Below, in pieces: positions 30,754-40,922 of a stretch of 64,000 bases of DNA. Position 1 is the stretch's first letter. Each line of letters starts with the position of its first letter. A program made the position numbers and the translations under genes. Origin of the DNA: Candidatus Thorarchaeota archaeon (lineage in GTDB: Archaea > Asgardarchaeota > Thorarchaeia > Thorarchaeales > Thorarchaeaceae); contig CAVSBO010000003.1 in assembly GCA_963726195.1 (NCBI GenBank), forward strand, positions 640,001 through 704,000, written 5' to 3'. Below the pieces are notes generated by a model. It worked only from the letters and a program-made list of their open reading frames with translations. It was not told the origin of the DNA and ran no database searches.

Positions 30754-32464
30754 ATGCCAAAGCCATCCAATCCACTAATTGTGCAGTCTGATAAGTCCGT
30801 TCTGCTCGAGGTTGATAATCCTCTATACGAGGAGGTTAGAGATTCTCTGGCGCGGTTTGCAGAACTGGTCAAAAGCCCAGAGTACGTTCATACATACAGG
30901 ATAACACCTCTCAGCCTCTGGAATGCAGCTGCAGCAGGGATGAAACCGGATGCAGTCGTACAGGCTTTGGAACAGTACGCCAAGTATCCGATTCCGGGCA
31001 ACATCGCACGCGAGATTCTCGACTACATGAGCAGGTATGGCCAGTTGTCGCTCCTGAAAGAAGGAGACAGGCTCATCCTATCGTGTGCAACCGAAGACCT
31101 TGCTGAAGAGATATGGGCCAATACCAAGGTCAGGGCACTTCTGCTGGACAGACTGGACAACACTAGGATGCTCGTAGATCCGGCCCAGAGAGGTTTCGTG
31201 AAACAGATTCTCCTCGAGTTCGGTCATCCAGTCGATGATATTGCAGGATACGTCAAGGGTGAGGAACTCCGCTTCGAACTGCGTTCTACTACTCTCGGAG
31301 GAAGACCATTCAAGCTGAAGAGCATACCAACAGGATGCAGCGGCTACGTTCTACGCAGGTGGAGGGATAACCGGAGGCTCGGGCGTGGTCGTGCTTCCAT
31401 GCGGTTCTGGAAAGACAATGGTAGGCATGGGCATCATGCAGGAACTCCAAACATCCACTCTGATACTATGTCCCAACGTCGTTGCGGTTCGTCAATGGAT
31501 AACAGAACTGCTCGACAAGACGACTCTCAAACCAGAGCAACTAGGTGAATACACAGGCGATAACAAAAACGTGCGTCCTATCACTGTCGCAACTTATCAG
31601 ATACTAACTTGGCGCAGGTCCAAGGAGGAAGAGTTCGAGCATTTCAAAATCTTCGACGCCAGAAAGTGGGGCCTAATCATATACGATGAGGTGCATCTCC
31701 TTCCAGCTCCGGTATTCAGAGTTACTGCATCCATACAAGCGACAAGAAGACTGGGTCTAACCGCAACCCTTGTAAGAGAAGACGAAAGGGAAGAGGACGT
31801 TTTCAGTCTCATTGGACCGAAGAGGTACGATGTGCCATGGAAGCAACTTGAGGATCAAGGCTGGATAGCGACCGCGGTCTGCTACGAGATTCGCGTCGAG
31901 TTACCTGACAACCTGAAGCGTAAGTATGCTATCGAAGAGGATAGGAGGAAGTACAGGATTGCGGCAGAAAACCCCGTCAAGCTGGAAGTGCTAAGCAAGA
32001 TAGTGGCTCACCACCAAAAGGACAACATCCTCATCATCGGTATGTACTTGGACCAGCTGAAGATTATTGCCGATGAACTCGGAGCCCCGCTGATTACAGG
32101 AAAGACCGGGAATGATGAGCGTCAGGAACTCTATGATGAGTTCCGCCACGGGCGAATCAAGACGTTGGTCGTGTCAAAGGTCGCCAATTTCGCTCTCGAC
32201 CTTCCGGATGCGAACGTCGCCATTCAGGTTTCTGGAACTTTCGGTTCCCGTCAGGAGGAGGCTCAGAGACTTGGCCGCATATTGAGACCAAAGGTCGATG
32301 GTAGTCTTGCCCGATTCTACTCGATTGTGACCAAGGACACTCGTGACATGGATTTCGGAGCAAAGAGACAACTGTTCCTTACTGAGCAAGGATATCAGTA
32401 CGTCATAGCCTCAGCAGAGGAGGAAGTCTGGAAGCAACCGCCAGAATCTCTCTGCACAGTGTAG
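30754..32464 (+). CDS. xpb: XPB/Rad25/ERCC3-type DNA helicase with an N-terminal helicase-associated domain (frameshift near 31318)
   Basis: PLIVQSDKSVLLE, YRITPLSLWNA; LRAYQ; LPCGSGKT; DEVH; GLTATLVRED; QEEAQRLGRILR. Confidence 0.93.
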
Positions 32465-32548
32465 AACCAATCACTTCCTGTACTCTGCAGCATATCACTT
32501 CTTGGCCATCGGTTCCAGCGTTTCGATTGTCGCTTCCTGTCAAACGCC

Positions 32549-33517
32549 CTAGACGGTCAGATATGACCTCAGGTAATCCATCTTCTGATTGACGTAGGCT
32601 GCAACTCTCGTGCCTACATCGGGAGTGACCAAGTCGGGCTCGATCATTTCTCTTTCAAGATTGGCTAGGAAGCCTATGCTCCAGCCGATAGCTGATGCTA
32701 GGGCGAGCGGAACGAGAGCCTCAATCTTTGAGGCCTCAGCAGACTTGGCGAAGACGCCCCCCTGAACGCGATGATCTCTTGCTCCCTCAACCTGACTGAT
32801 CAAGTAGGCCAAGTCGAAGAGCGGCTCTCCAACGCAACACGATCCCAGGTCTAGCAGGAGTACTCTATCTCTCTGAAGTACTATGTTGGACTCCTGCAAG
32901 TCCCCGTGCATTGTCTTCTCGGACCAGACACATGATGCATCCATATTCATTCTGAGTTCCTTCACCGCCTGACCAAAGGAACTCACTGATATCGTCAAAA
33001 GAGAGGATGGGCTTGAGGGACCTTTCGTGCTGCGGGCCACGAGTTCCGCTATATGTTTCAGATAGTCGGAAGCTTTCTTGTAAGACGGAATTCCCGTCGG
33101 ACGCAGCTGTGACAGAACTGATATCGCTTGTCGCAACATTTCCAGGCTGGACATAGGCATCTGGTCGAGCGACGAAGGGATTGTTCCTTCCACATACTCA
33201 GTCATCATGAATGGAGTATGCATGTCATCTTCAAGACGTCCGAATTGAACTGGCCTAGGGCATAGACCTTTGCGAAACAGGAAGTCCATGACTCCGTATT
33301 CTTGAGCATAAGGATGCGTACGGTGAGGACCTTTGAGTGCCGGGAATTTCAGAACGTAAGTCTGCTCAGGCGTGCGTGCAATCAAGGAGATGCTGTCCCA
33401 GCCGCCTTGGGCTTCCGAGCCGACAGTAATCGAGCCTCTGCCGCGCCATACGTCGTTCACCAATCGACCGAGTTCATGCAGGTCATGACCGTGCACCTGA
33501 GTGATTCTCGTCTTCAT
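32549..33517 (-). CDS. aminoglycoside phosphotransferase/choline kinase-like protein
   Basis: YVLK, HGDLQESNI, LLDLG, GEPLFDLA. Confidence 0.82.
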   Translation of the reverse strand: MKTRITQVHGHDLHELGRLVNDVWRGRGSITVGSEAQGGWDSISLIARTPEQTYVLKFPALKGPHRTHPYAQEYGVMDFLFRKGLCPRPVQFGRLEDDMHTPFMMTEYVEGTIPSSLDQMPMSSLEMLRQAISVLSQLRPTGIPSYKKASDYLKHIAELVARSTKGPSSPSSLLTISVSSFGQAVKELRMNMDASCVWSEKTMHGDLQESNIVLQRDRVLLLDLGSCCVGEPLFDLAYLISQVEGARDHRVQGGVFAKSAEASKIEALVPLALASAIGWSIGFLANLEREMIEPDLVTPDVGTRVAAYVNQKMDYLRSYLTV

Positions 33518-33602
33518 GACTGCCTCACCTCGTGAAGCAATGCTGCCCGGGAGAGCGTGACCGCAATGTGCTGCCTTCTTGAGAGTCATAGCATTCCAAG
33601 GA

Positions 33603-34727
33603 CTATGCTTTCTTGTCCGCCAATATATCCCCGACCGACGCGAGCAATGCAGACAGGTGAACGAAAGGATTCTTTCCTTGTTTCATTCGAAAGTCGATTT
33701 CGGCAATTCTCTGCACTAGAGTGTTCTTGGTTTCATCGTCTAGCGGTCTCTTCACGACATCTCTCTGGATCTGAAGACACACCTCGTCAGCCGTGTATCC
33801 TTCTACGGCCAAGAGCTCTTTCATCAGGTCTCTGGACTCAGCAAAGGAACCCTTCGCTGCCAATGAGACCATGCGGCGCACAGCGCTCACGATCCGAGAC
33901 TCGGAACACTCATAGACAATATCCTCAGTGACCTTTGCGACACCTGCCGCAGAGACCTGAAGAAGGTTCAAGGCACGCCGCATGTCACCCGACGACTCTT
34001 TGGCGATGGCAGTAAAGGCGGCATCATCTACTCGGATGTGTTCTCTTGTGGCAACATCAGTCAGGCGCATAACTACGGCCTCATCTGCGAGCGCGGGGAA
34101 CTTCAGAAGGAGACACCGAGACAAGATTGCAGGACTCCATCCAGTCAATGATGGCGTGATGAGAATGAAACGGCAGGCATCGCTGTAGATTTCCATCGTG
34201 CGGCGTAGAGACTGTTGCATGTTCGTGTCAAGAGCGTCAGCCTCGTCTAGTACTAGGTACTTAATCATCTCACTACTGACTGTCATTGTGGAGGCAAACA
34301 TCCTGATAGCTTCGTGCAGGAGCTGGCTCTTGTTTGGTTCATGGGCCTTACCTTTTAGGGCGATGCCAGTTTTCGCCTCGCGATACACGGCAGACATGAA
34401 TTCGTCCAACTCAGTGCGCTCGCTTCGGTCCAGTTTTGCCAAAGCTGCTAAATCACGCTTTGCTTTTGCAACGGACATGTCCCTAAGGTCACGAATGTTG
34501 AGGTACTGAAAGTTTGCTGAGTATGTATCGCCTAACAGCTCATGGGCAAAGACTAGAGCTGCGCAGGACTTTCCAGTTCCGGAAGGACCAAGGAATATCA
34601 TGTTTTGCGCGGCCTTTGACTGAGCAAGGCCTTTCAATTGCCGGATGACCTCATCTTGACCAACGAATTCGTCCCAAGTATGCGGAGAGTATTTGATAGA
34701 CCAGAGCACCGGCTCCAAACGTCGCAC
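33603..34727 (-). CDS. rfcS: replication factor C small subunit paralogue with an internal insertion
   Basis: WSIKYSP, GPSGTGKS, LDEADAL, LRRTME, SRC, GDMRRALNLLQ. Confidence 0.88.
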   Translation of the reverse strand: MRRLEPVLWSIKYSPHTWDEFVGQDEVIRQLKGLAQSKAAQNMIFLGPSGTGKSCAALVFAHELLGDTYSANFQYLNIRDLRDMSVAKAKRDLAALAKLDRSERTELDEFMSAVYREAKTGIALKGKAHEPNKSQLLHEAIRMFASTMTVSSEMIKYLVLDEADALDTNMQQSLRRTMEIYSDACRFILITPSLTGWSPAILSRCLLLKFPALADEAVVMRLTDVATREHIRVDDAAFTAIAKESSGDMRRALNLLQVSAAGVAKVTEDIVYECSESRIVSAVRRMVSLAAKGSFAESRDLMKELLAVEGYTADEVCLQIQRDVVKRPLDDETKNTLVQRIAEIDFRMKQGKNPFVHLSALLASVGDILADKKA

Positions 34728-34868
34728 CAGTGAAACGGGTTAAAGGATGACAAGATAAGTTTGCCCTTACCACCTTCGAATAGGCAATCGTCAACTGTTC
34801 CGTGCGCGCTTGCTGATAGCACAACCAAAATCGTCATAAACAGCTGATATGAGGCTCGTTGGTTACAA

Positions 34869-36611
34869 ATGTCAAAGGAAACGCTCGAACAGGAACTTGA
34901 GCACCTGCTGAGAGAGGACCTCCTTGCCGCCTGCCAGTTCTGGGGCGTGCAAGTGACTGGAACTGCTTCAGGGACATCCCTCATCAAACTCCTTGCTGAG
35001 ATGATGAAATCAAAGGAGGGCAGGGAGAGGATTTTCCATTCCTTTGACCAGAAGGAAATTGACCTACTAGGAATGCTCACGCTTAGCGGAGGAGCCATGA
35101 GCTATGACAGGTTGAAGCCGTACAGGAAGATATACAGTTACGGCCAGTTGAACCAAACCGAGCGAGATCTGCGGAAGAAGGGCGTGATCGTAAGACGTGT
35201 CGTGTCTAGGCTTACCGAATATGGCCGAGAAGTCGCAGAATTCAAGATTCTAGATTTCCTCGTCCCACACCTTGTCAAGTTTTTCTCAGAGAAACCCACA
35301 CCTGTAACCGAGAAACCGAAGTCAATCAGAACAACCATCGATTACAGAGACACACTGCTAGTGGACATGCTTCTTCTTGTGTCCTACCTCGCCAAAGAGG
35401 ATGTGAAGATGACATCCTCTTGGGAATTCCCCAATAGGGACATCGACCGCGTCGTGCAGGCAATGTCAGAACCGACGGCTGAACGGTTTGACCTTGTCCA
35501 GAAGGCAGCACGCAAGGCAAGTGCGTATTCCATCATCGAGAACGACAAAGCGGTTCCCTCCAAAGTAGATGTACTGTTTGCTGGACGACAGGAACAGGTC
35601 GCTCGTCGAATACTGTTTTCCGCACTTGGCCGTTCGAGAGCAATCTGGGCAACACCTGACCAGCCGACAGAATACACTCTCAACCTAGTGATTTGTCGGC
35701 TGCGTGAATGTACTGTGAAGGATTGGATTAGTGTCGCAGAGCTTCGTGATTGGATTCGTGCCGAACTGTTCGCCGACAACCAGCCATTGAAGTGGATTCA
35801 AGTTGACGAAGACCGAGTCAGTACAGCTCTTGAAACGCCTGTTCTACTTGGCCTCCTGCAGGCTGCGTACAAAGGAAAGAAGATCCAAGCAGTCAATCTT
35901 ACCCCGGTTGGTGCAGCGGTCATAGCAAACCAACCCCTTCCTCCGACAGAGACTCGGGAATCGTTTTTCGTCCAGCCAAATTTTGAAATCACGGTATTCA
36001 CATCTGAGATGGACTATTACAAGCTCTATCAGCTCATGCTTTTCGCTGAACCAGTCAAGACTGATGTCGTGAGCACGCTCAGGATTACTGACAAGTCAGT
36101 ATTCCAGGCAATAGAAATGGGTCTCAGAGAGCGGGACATTCTGGGATTTCTCGAGAAGGAGAGCAGCAAGCCAGTCCCAGCAAACGTTATTCGATCGGTC
36201 AAGGACTGGGTTTCACAGGCTACCTTCGTCACCATTACGCAAGTGTTCATGCTGGAGACAGACAGTGAGAAGGACCTTGAGAAGCTGATGCTGATTGAGG
36301 ATTTCAAGCAGAGTGTGGTGAGAAAAGTGGGACCTACCGCGGTCGTGTTGCAGGGCGACGTCGACAAGTTGTCAGAAGACCTCCGCAAGCACAAATGCAA
36401 CATTACGAGAGCAGACAAGAAGAAGGCTGAACCCGAAGTAACGCCGGGTGCTGCGGTGGCCGAACAGGTCTTATTATACGGAGACCAAGCTGTCACCGAG
36501 GCTCCTGAAGATTGCGAAGGCTGCCCAGCCCTTCAGTCGTGTAACAAGGTTGTCAAGCGAAAGCGCGGACACCACGAGGAGAACGTAGGTGAAGAAACCG
36601 ATTCTTCCTGA
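34869..36611 (+). CDS. helicase-associated (Helicase_C_3 / Tfb2-like) domain protein, putative XPB partner
   Basis: FFVQPNFEITV...LMLFAE...RITDKSVFQAIEMGL...ILGFLEKESSKPVPANVIRSVKDW; C-terminal CEGCPALQSC. Confidence 0.75.
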   Translation: MSKETLEQELEHLLREDLLAACQFWGVQVTGTASGTSLIKLLAEMMKSKEGRERIFHSFDQKEIDLLGMLTLSGGAMSYDRLKPYRKIYSYGQLNQTERDLRKKGVIVRRVVSRLTEYGREVAEFKILDFLVPHLVKFFSEKPTPVTEKPKSIRTTIDYRDTLLVDMLLLVSYLAKEDVKMTSSWEFPNRDIDRVVQAMSEPTAERFDLVQKAARKASAYSIIENDKAVPSKVDVLFAGRQEQVARRILFSALGRSRAIWATPDQPTEYTLNLVICRLRECTVKDWISVAELRDWIRAELFADNQPLKWIQVDEDRVSTALETPVLLGLLQAAYKGKKIQAVNLTPVGAAVIANQPLPPTETRESFFVQPNFEITVFTSEMDYYKLYQLMLFAEPVKTDVVSTLRITDKSVFQAIEMGLRERDILGFLEKESSKPVPANVIRSVKDWVSQATFVTITQVFMLETDSEKDLEKLMLIEDFKQSVVRKVGPTAVVLQGDVDKLSEDLRKHKCNITRADKKKAEPEVTPGAAVAEQVLLYGDQAVTEAPEDCEGCPALQSCNKVVKRKRGHHEENVGEETDSS

Positions 36612-37623
36612 GGAGCTAATCGGGCATTTTCTGGGAGTTGGCAGCGTCGGAGAGACGGACCCAAAGGTGCCTCTGTCCTACGTGAAGCCACTGCGAGTCC
36701 CGTATGCTTACGAACTCCCGACGCTCAGAGAAGAAGACATGATCAGACGGTTTGCCTCACTGGTTGATGGGTTCGAGGAAAAAGACGACTTCGTCATGGA
36801 TGTCGACATGTATTCGTACAGGGATATGACCGAGGATGATTCGCCCCTCTTGCCAGATGAAGCTCATGCGCACAGTTTGTACTCGATGATTGAGAATGCC
36901 TCTTATGATTTCTTCAAGACCCAGCAGGCGGCGCCAAGTACAATGTGCTTCAGTACTCGAGGGGCCGATGGGAAGCAGTTGGTAACAAGAGCGATGTTTC
37001 ACTTCTACTCATCATTGATGTCGAGGGCAGCAAGAGGGCAAGCAAAGCATCTCTCTCAATGGAGTAGGAATCTCATTCTGTGTCAAGATGATCCAGCACT
37101 CGGATTCGTGTCAAAGATGCTACAGGAAGGAAAGGGAGAAGGCCTGACTCTCAAACATATCATTCAAAGCACAGAGAAGGTGTACCCTGAGGGAGTCATA
37201 CCTGCGTACCACTTCTGCGATGACTGGAGAAAACTCACCGAAGACGATTGGTACATTCTATGGGACGGCCCGCCTAAAATCATTCACATCGATTTGCTGT
37301 CGTTTAGTCCTGACATAGATTCGAAACACGCTGAGAAGCTGAATTCGTTCCTCGACAGGGGAGGAAGCATTGCACTCGGCATTCTCCCGAACGTCGACAG
37401 CGGCTTCGCGAAGCCCGTAATTGAGACGCTCAGACAGAACTTGGCGAGAACACTGCAGTCATTTCACAAGAGCGGTGTCAACGTGAGCCTTCTCGATGAC
37501 CGCGCCATGATCTCCACACAGTGTGGCCTCTCAAGGGCGAGCAGCTCGCTGTGCAGAGAGATACATGGAAAGAGCAAGGAGTTCCCGCTTATTCTCAAGA
37601 AAGCAATCAAGAGCCTCAGCTGA
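36589..37623 (+). CDS. cobalamin-independent methionine synthase catalytic-domain-like (URO-D/MetE fold) protein
   Basis: GVGS start, QDDPAL, YHFC, ALGILP, STQCGL; overlaps the upstream stop. Confidence 0.6.
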   Translation: MKKPILPEELIGHFLGVGSVGETDPKVPLSYVKPLRVPYAYELPTLREEDMIRRFASLVDGFEEKDDFVMDVDMYSYRDMTEDDSPLLPDEAHAHSLYSMIENASYDFFKTQQAAPSTMCFSTRGADGKQLVTRAMFHFYSSLMSRAARGQAKHLSQWSRNLILCQDDPALGFVSKMLQEGKGEGLTLKHIIQSTEKVYPEGVIPAYHFCDDWRKLTEDDWYILWDGPPKIIHIDLLSFSPDIDSKHAEKLNSFLDRGGSIALGILPNVDSGFAKPVIETLRQNLARTLQSFHKSGVNVSLLDDRAMISTQCGLSRASSSLCREIHGKSKEFPLILKKAIKSLS

Positions 37624-37712
37624 AAAAAACAACTCGACCTCTCTTCCAACGTTCACGAGATATGCTTAATAAAGGCGTGAGCGGCGCTATCGCAAACTCT
37701 GTGGTGTTGTTC

Positions 37713-38549
37713 ATGGCAGAGTCAGGCAAGAAACCGGGCAGGGTCATGAGCTTTGTTCAGGGGTACAGACTGAAGATGCTCATCCCTGAGCTGCTTGTTG
37801 TCTTCGGTGTATGGTACATGAGCCCGAATTCGCCAAAGATCAACGTCTATCTCTTCCTTGGGCTGTTTTCCTTCATCGCCCAACCGGTCTACTTCATTCC
37901 AAGTGGGCTGTTGCTTCTTGTCACAGCGTTCATGCTTCACGGAATCTACCCATTAGACAACTATCACGAAGGCAAGATTCCTACTCTTCCAAAGGCAGCC
38001 GTCTTGATGATTCTTCTAGCGTTCCTCTTCCTCCCGCTCCTAGTCGCTTTTCAGATGATGGGGTATTTCATGACAGAGGCAACAGAGTACATTGGCCGAA
38101 ACGCTCTATGGGAGCGCATGGAGAGCATCGGTGATTTGTTCTTCTATGCCGGGCCGATGTTCTTCCTCGCATTCCAGTGGTGGCTCTTCATTCCTGTCTT
38201 GTTCTTGTCAGAGGCTGTTGATGGTATACACAAGATAGCCCACCATGAGACGTCCAGTGTGAAGGTAGCTGTGCTGTTCTACTTCCTATGGCCCGTTTCA
38301 ATGCCATTCTTCTTCAATCCAGTTGAAATCATGGCAATGGCCGCTCTATCCATTCCTGCTTTCGCGTTCTACTCGTACATCAGGCCCTACTATGCATACG
38401 TCACTGCTGTACATACTCTGACATTCGCCCTACTCGTCGTCGTGACAATGGTGTTGGGACAATGGATGCCTTTCGTAAGCATGTGGTTCCCTGGATTCAT
38501 ACCGCCGCACGTACCGCCAAGACTCTGGCCGCCGATACTGCCGCCATAG
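37713..38549 (+). CDS. polytopic membrane protein
   Basis: Seven or more hydrophobic segments, Pro-rich C-terminus. Confidence 0.65.
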   Translation: MAESGKKPGRVMSFVQGYRLKMLIPELLVVFGVWYMSPNSPKINVYLFLGLFSFIAQPVYFIPSGLLLLVTAFMLHGIYPLDNYHEGKIPTLPKAAVLMILLAFLFLPLLVAFQMMGYFMTEATEYIGRNALWERMESIGDLFFYAGPMFFLAFQWWLFIPVLFLSEAVDGIHKIAHHETSSVKVAVLFYFLWPVSMPFFFNPVEIMAMAALSIPAFAFYSYIRPYYAYVTAVHTLTFALLVVVTMVLGQWMPFVSMWFPGFIPPHVPPRLWPPILPP

Positions 38550-38550
38550 A

Positions 38551-38853
38551 TTAATTTGAGTTTGCGGCAGTTGGCTTTCGGCCAGCTTCCTCAGTGTCCT
38601 CTTCACGCAGCTTGTGCTTGAACGGTCTTCCCTGACCGTAGATTCTGGGGTCGTCATTCCTCGTCTTTGACATGATGGCGGCGAAACCAATTATCTGAAT
38701 GACCAGAGCAATCATGCTGATGAGGAACACTTCTCCGAAGTACTCGTGCGTAAAGAGCCGGTAGAACCATATGGTCGGGTAGGCGAACGCTTGGATTATT
38801 ATCCCTGCCAGAAGCATCAGTATCCACCTGTTCGTCCAGTTGGCACGAGCCAT
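38551..38853 (-). CDS. small membrane protein
   Basis: Two TM helices plus a charged tail. Confidence 0.6.
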   Translation of the reverse strand: MARANWTNRWILMLLAGIIIQAFAYPTIWFYRLFTHEYFGEVFLISMIALVIQIIGFAAIMSKTRNDDPRIYGQGRPFKHKLREEDTEEAGRKPTAANSN

Positions 38854-38927
38854 ATGCGATCACCCTCAAGAGTTCGGGTTGACGCGCTTGGTTGCCCGAC
38901 AGTTAAAGGTAGCTATGACGTCAATCT

Positions 38928-39893
38928 CTATGCTCTGTAACTCTCCTGAAGTAGTTCAACAAGCTCAGCTGCTAGAGCTCGGAAATCACCTTTTGAGACA
39001 AATGGAACCTGACTGCTACGTTGAGGAATGTCAAATCTTCCAACGATGACGGCTACGTCCTTATCCATTGAGAACTCAAACAGTGCAGGATATCTCGTCA
39101 TTAGCTTTGCGCGCCTTGTTTCTTTGTTTGCGATCTTACCTTTGTAAATCGTGCCTACGAGATACGGATACACGAAACCTGACTTGGACACTTGTACCTT
39201 AATCATGACAGTGTCGGGAAGACCTTCAACGTAGGCTTTGCATTCAGCATCAAGGATTGCGTGCATTTCACCACGCTCACCTACCTCGACACTGACCCCT
39301 GCTTTTATGCCTCGAACAGCAGCGAGTTCACGCGTGTATCTGTAAGAATCTCCAGACAGCGGGGGTTTGAAGAAGGTCTTCGGATCAATCTTCACTATCC
39401 TGTAGCCGACAAGAAAGCCAAGTACGGAGACTACGCCATACTGAATCACAATCAGGATGGACGAGTCAACGAAGTTCCCAAAGACGGGTGGCTCGAACTG
39501 CTGATAGAGCACACTAAGGACTCCCAGACCAAGCGAGACTGGAAGGAGTACGCAACAAGTCAGTCCTTCTGCAGCATGGGCGTAAAGGTCACCATAAGCT
39601 CTCTCATGTTCCTTGACCATGTGTTCGTATTCTGGGAAACTGGCCCAAACAGTATCGTGTTTCCATTCACCTGGAATGTAGTCAATGGCTCTCTTTGAAG
39701 CAGCTCCCATGGCCCCGGAGAAGAACAGAACAAGAGTGGGTATCCCGAAGAACGCTACCAGCAGAGAGCTCAGGCCAGGCAGGCTCGTGATTCTGTACCA
39801 TACACCGAGAACAACGAAAAGGGCAACCAGCATCGGAAAAGATTGATTGACCTTGCGCTGCCTGCTGTAGTCGATGACTCTTTCTTCACTCAT
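38928..39893 (-). CDS. hypothetical membrane protein (paralogue 1 of 3)
   Basis: Four TM segments plus a soluble C-terminal domain; overlaps the upstream stop (ATGAGTGA). Confidence 0.75.
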   Translation of the reverse strand: MSEERVIDYSRQRKVNQSFPMLVALFVVLGVWYRITSLPGLSSLLVAFFGIPTLVLFFSGAMGAASKRAIDYIPGEWKHDTVWASFPEYEHMVKEHERAYGDLYAHAAEGLTCCVLLPVSLGLGVLSVLYQQFEPPVFGNFVDSSILIVIQYGVVSVLGFLVGYRIVKIDPKTFFKPPLSGDSYRYTRELAAVRGIKAGVSVEVGERGEMHAILDAECKAYVEGLPDTVMIKVQVSKSGFVYPYLVGTIYKGKIANKETRRAKLMTRYPALFEFSMDKDVAVIVGRFDIPQRSSQVPFVSKGDFRALAAELVELLQESYRA

Positions 39894-40857
39894 CCGTCTC
39901 ACGCTTCGCCCCGCTAGCCCCACCGCTTGTGCCACTTAGTGCAGCACGACCTATTCCGAGCTCGGTCATCAGTTCGTCAAGTATCTCATCACTGCCCTTT
40001 GCTTTTACGTACTCCGCGACGCATTTGCTTACCATCTCTTTCAGCACACGCTGTAGAGAAGCGCTATGGTCCATCAGTGGAGCGGCGAATTCCATAATCC
40101 CTGATTCAAGACTGACCTTTGCCACGACACTGGAAGGCTCGGCCGATTTGTCAAATTCAACCTCGACCCACGCTGAGTTCTCTATGCCTTCAATCCGGCC
40201 CACTGCATGGGGACTCCGAAGGGTGTAGTAGCCTCCACTTTCGCCAATGGACAGTCTGACTCCAGCCCAAGAAACTCCAAGGGTGTTTTCGAGCGACCCA
40301 ACAGCCGAGCTTAGAGGCCGAACCCTAACAACAGGGAAACTCACGGTGGCGTCATTTGGAACTACAAGAAACACAACCCGCAAAATAGCCAGCCCGAGAG
40401 CCATTAGCAGCAATCCAAACAAGTACGGGGCCCATCCAGACGCCTGTTGGAAGTAATCCACAATCATGAGTGGCAAGAGGAGAGCAATCACGGCAATAGT
40501 AGTGGTAAGCAAAGCAAGGGGAACATCGAACCTGCTCTGGAGATGTGAGTATCCTTTAGTGTATTCTGCCACTACGTGCTCGAACTCGTCATATTTGATC
40601 TCTCTCTCCTCGAAGTTCCATTGGATGGGACCTACAGAAACCCTCTGTTTCATCCTCCATGAAAGAAGGACCAACGGTGCTAGCATTGTTCCCATCACGG
40701 CTGCAGCCAGGATAATCCAACGGCCGGGATCTGACCACGCTGTCAGTAGTCCCGACTGAGAGAACTCCTCTCCCGCAACAACCCACAACAATAGCACGAG
40801 AAAAGCGATAACGTAGTATGGGAGGAGCGACTTGTATACAACAACCTCCTTAGACAT
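39886..40857 (-). CDS. hypothetical membrane protein (paralogue 2 of 3)
   Basis: Same architecture as its neighbours. Confidence 0.75.
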   Translation of the reverse strand: MSKEVVVYKSLLPYYVIAFLVLLLWVVAGEEFSQSGLLTAWSDPGRWIILAAAVMGTMLAPLVLLSWRMKQRVSVGPIQWNFEEREIKYDEFEHVVAEYTKGYSHLQSRFDVPLALLTTTIAVIALLLPLMIVDYFQQASGWAPYLFGLLLMALGLAILRVVFLVVPNDATVSFPVVRVRPLSSAVGSLENTLGVSWAGVRLSIGESGGYYTLRSPHAVGRIEGIENSAWVEVEFDKSAEPSSVVAKVSLESGIMEFAAPLMDHSASLQRVLKEMVSKCVAEYVKAKGSDEILDELMTELGIGRAALSGTSGGASGAKRETDE

Positions 40858-40922
40858 CAGGCCGTCTCCATGTCAGAGATGTATGTTAGGGAGAGTTAGC
40901 AGTTTCGGTGCTTGCCATGTCG

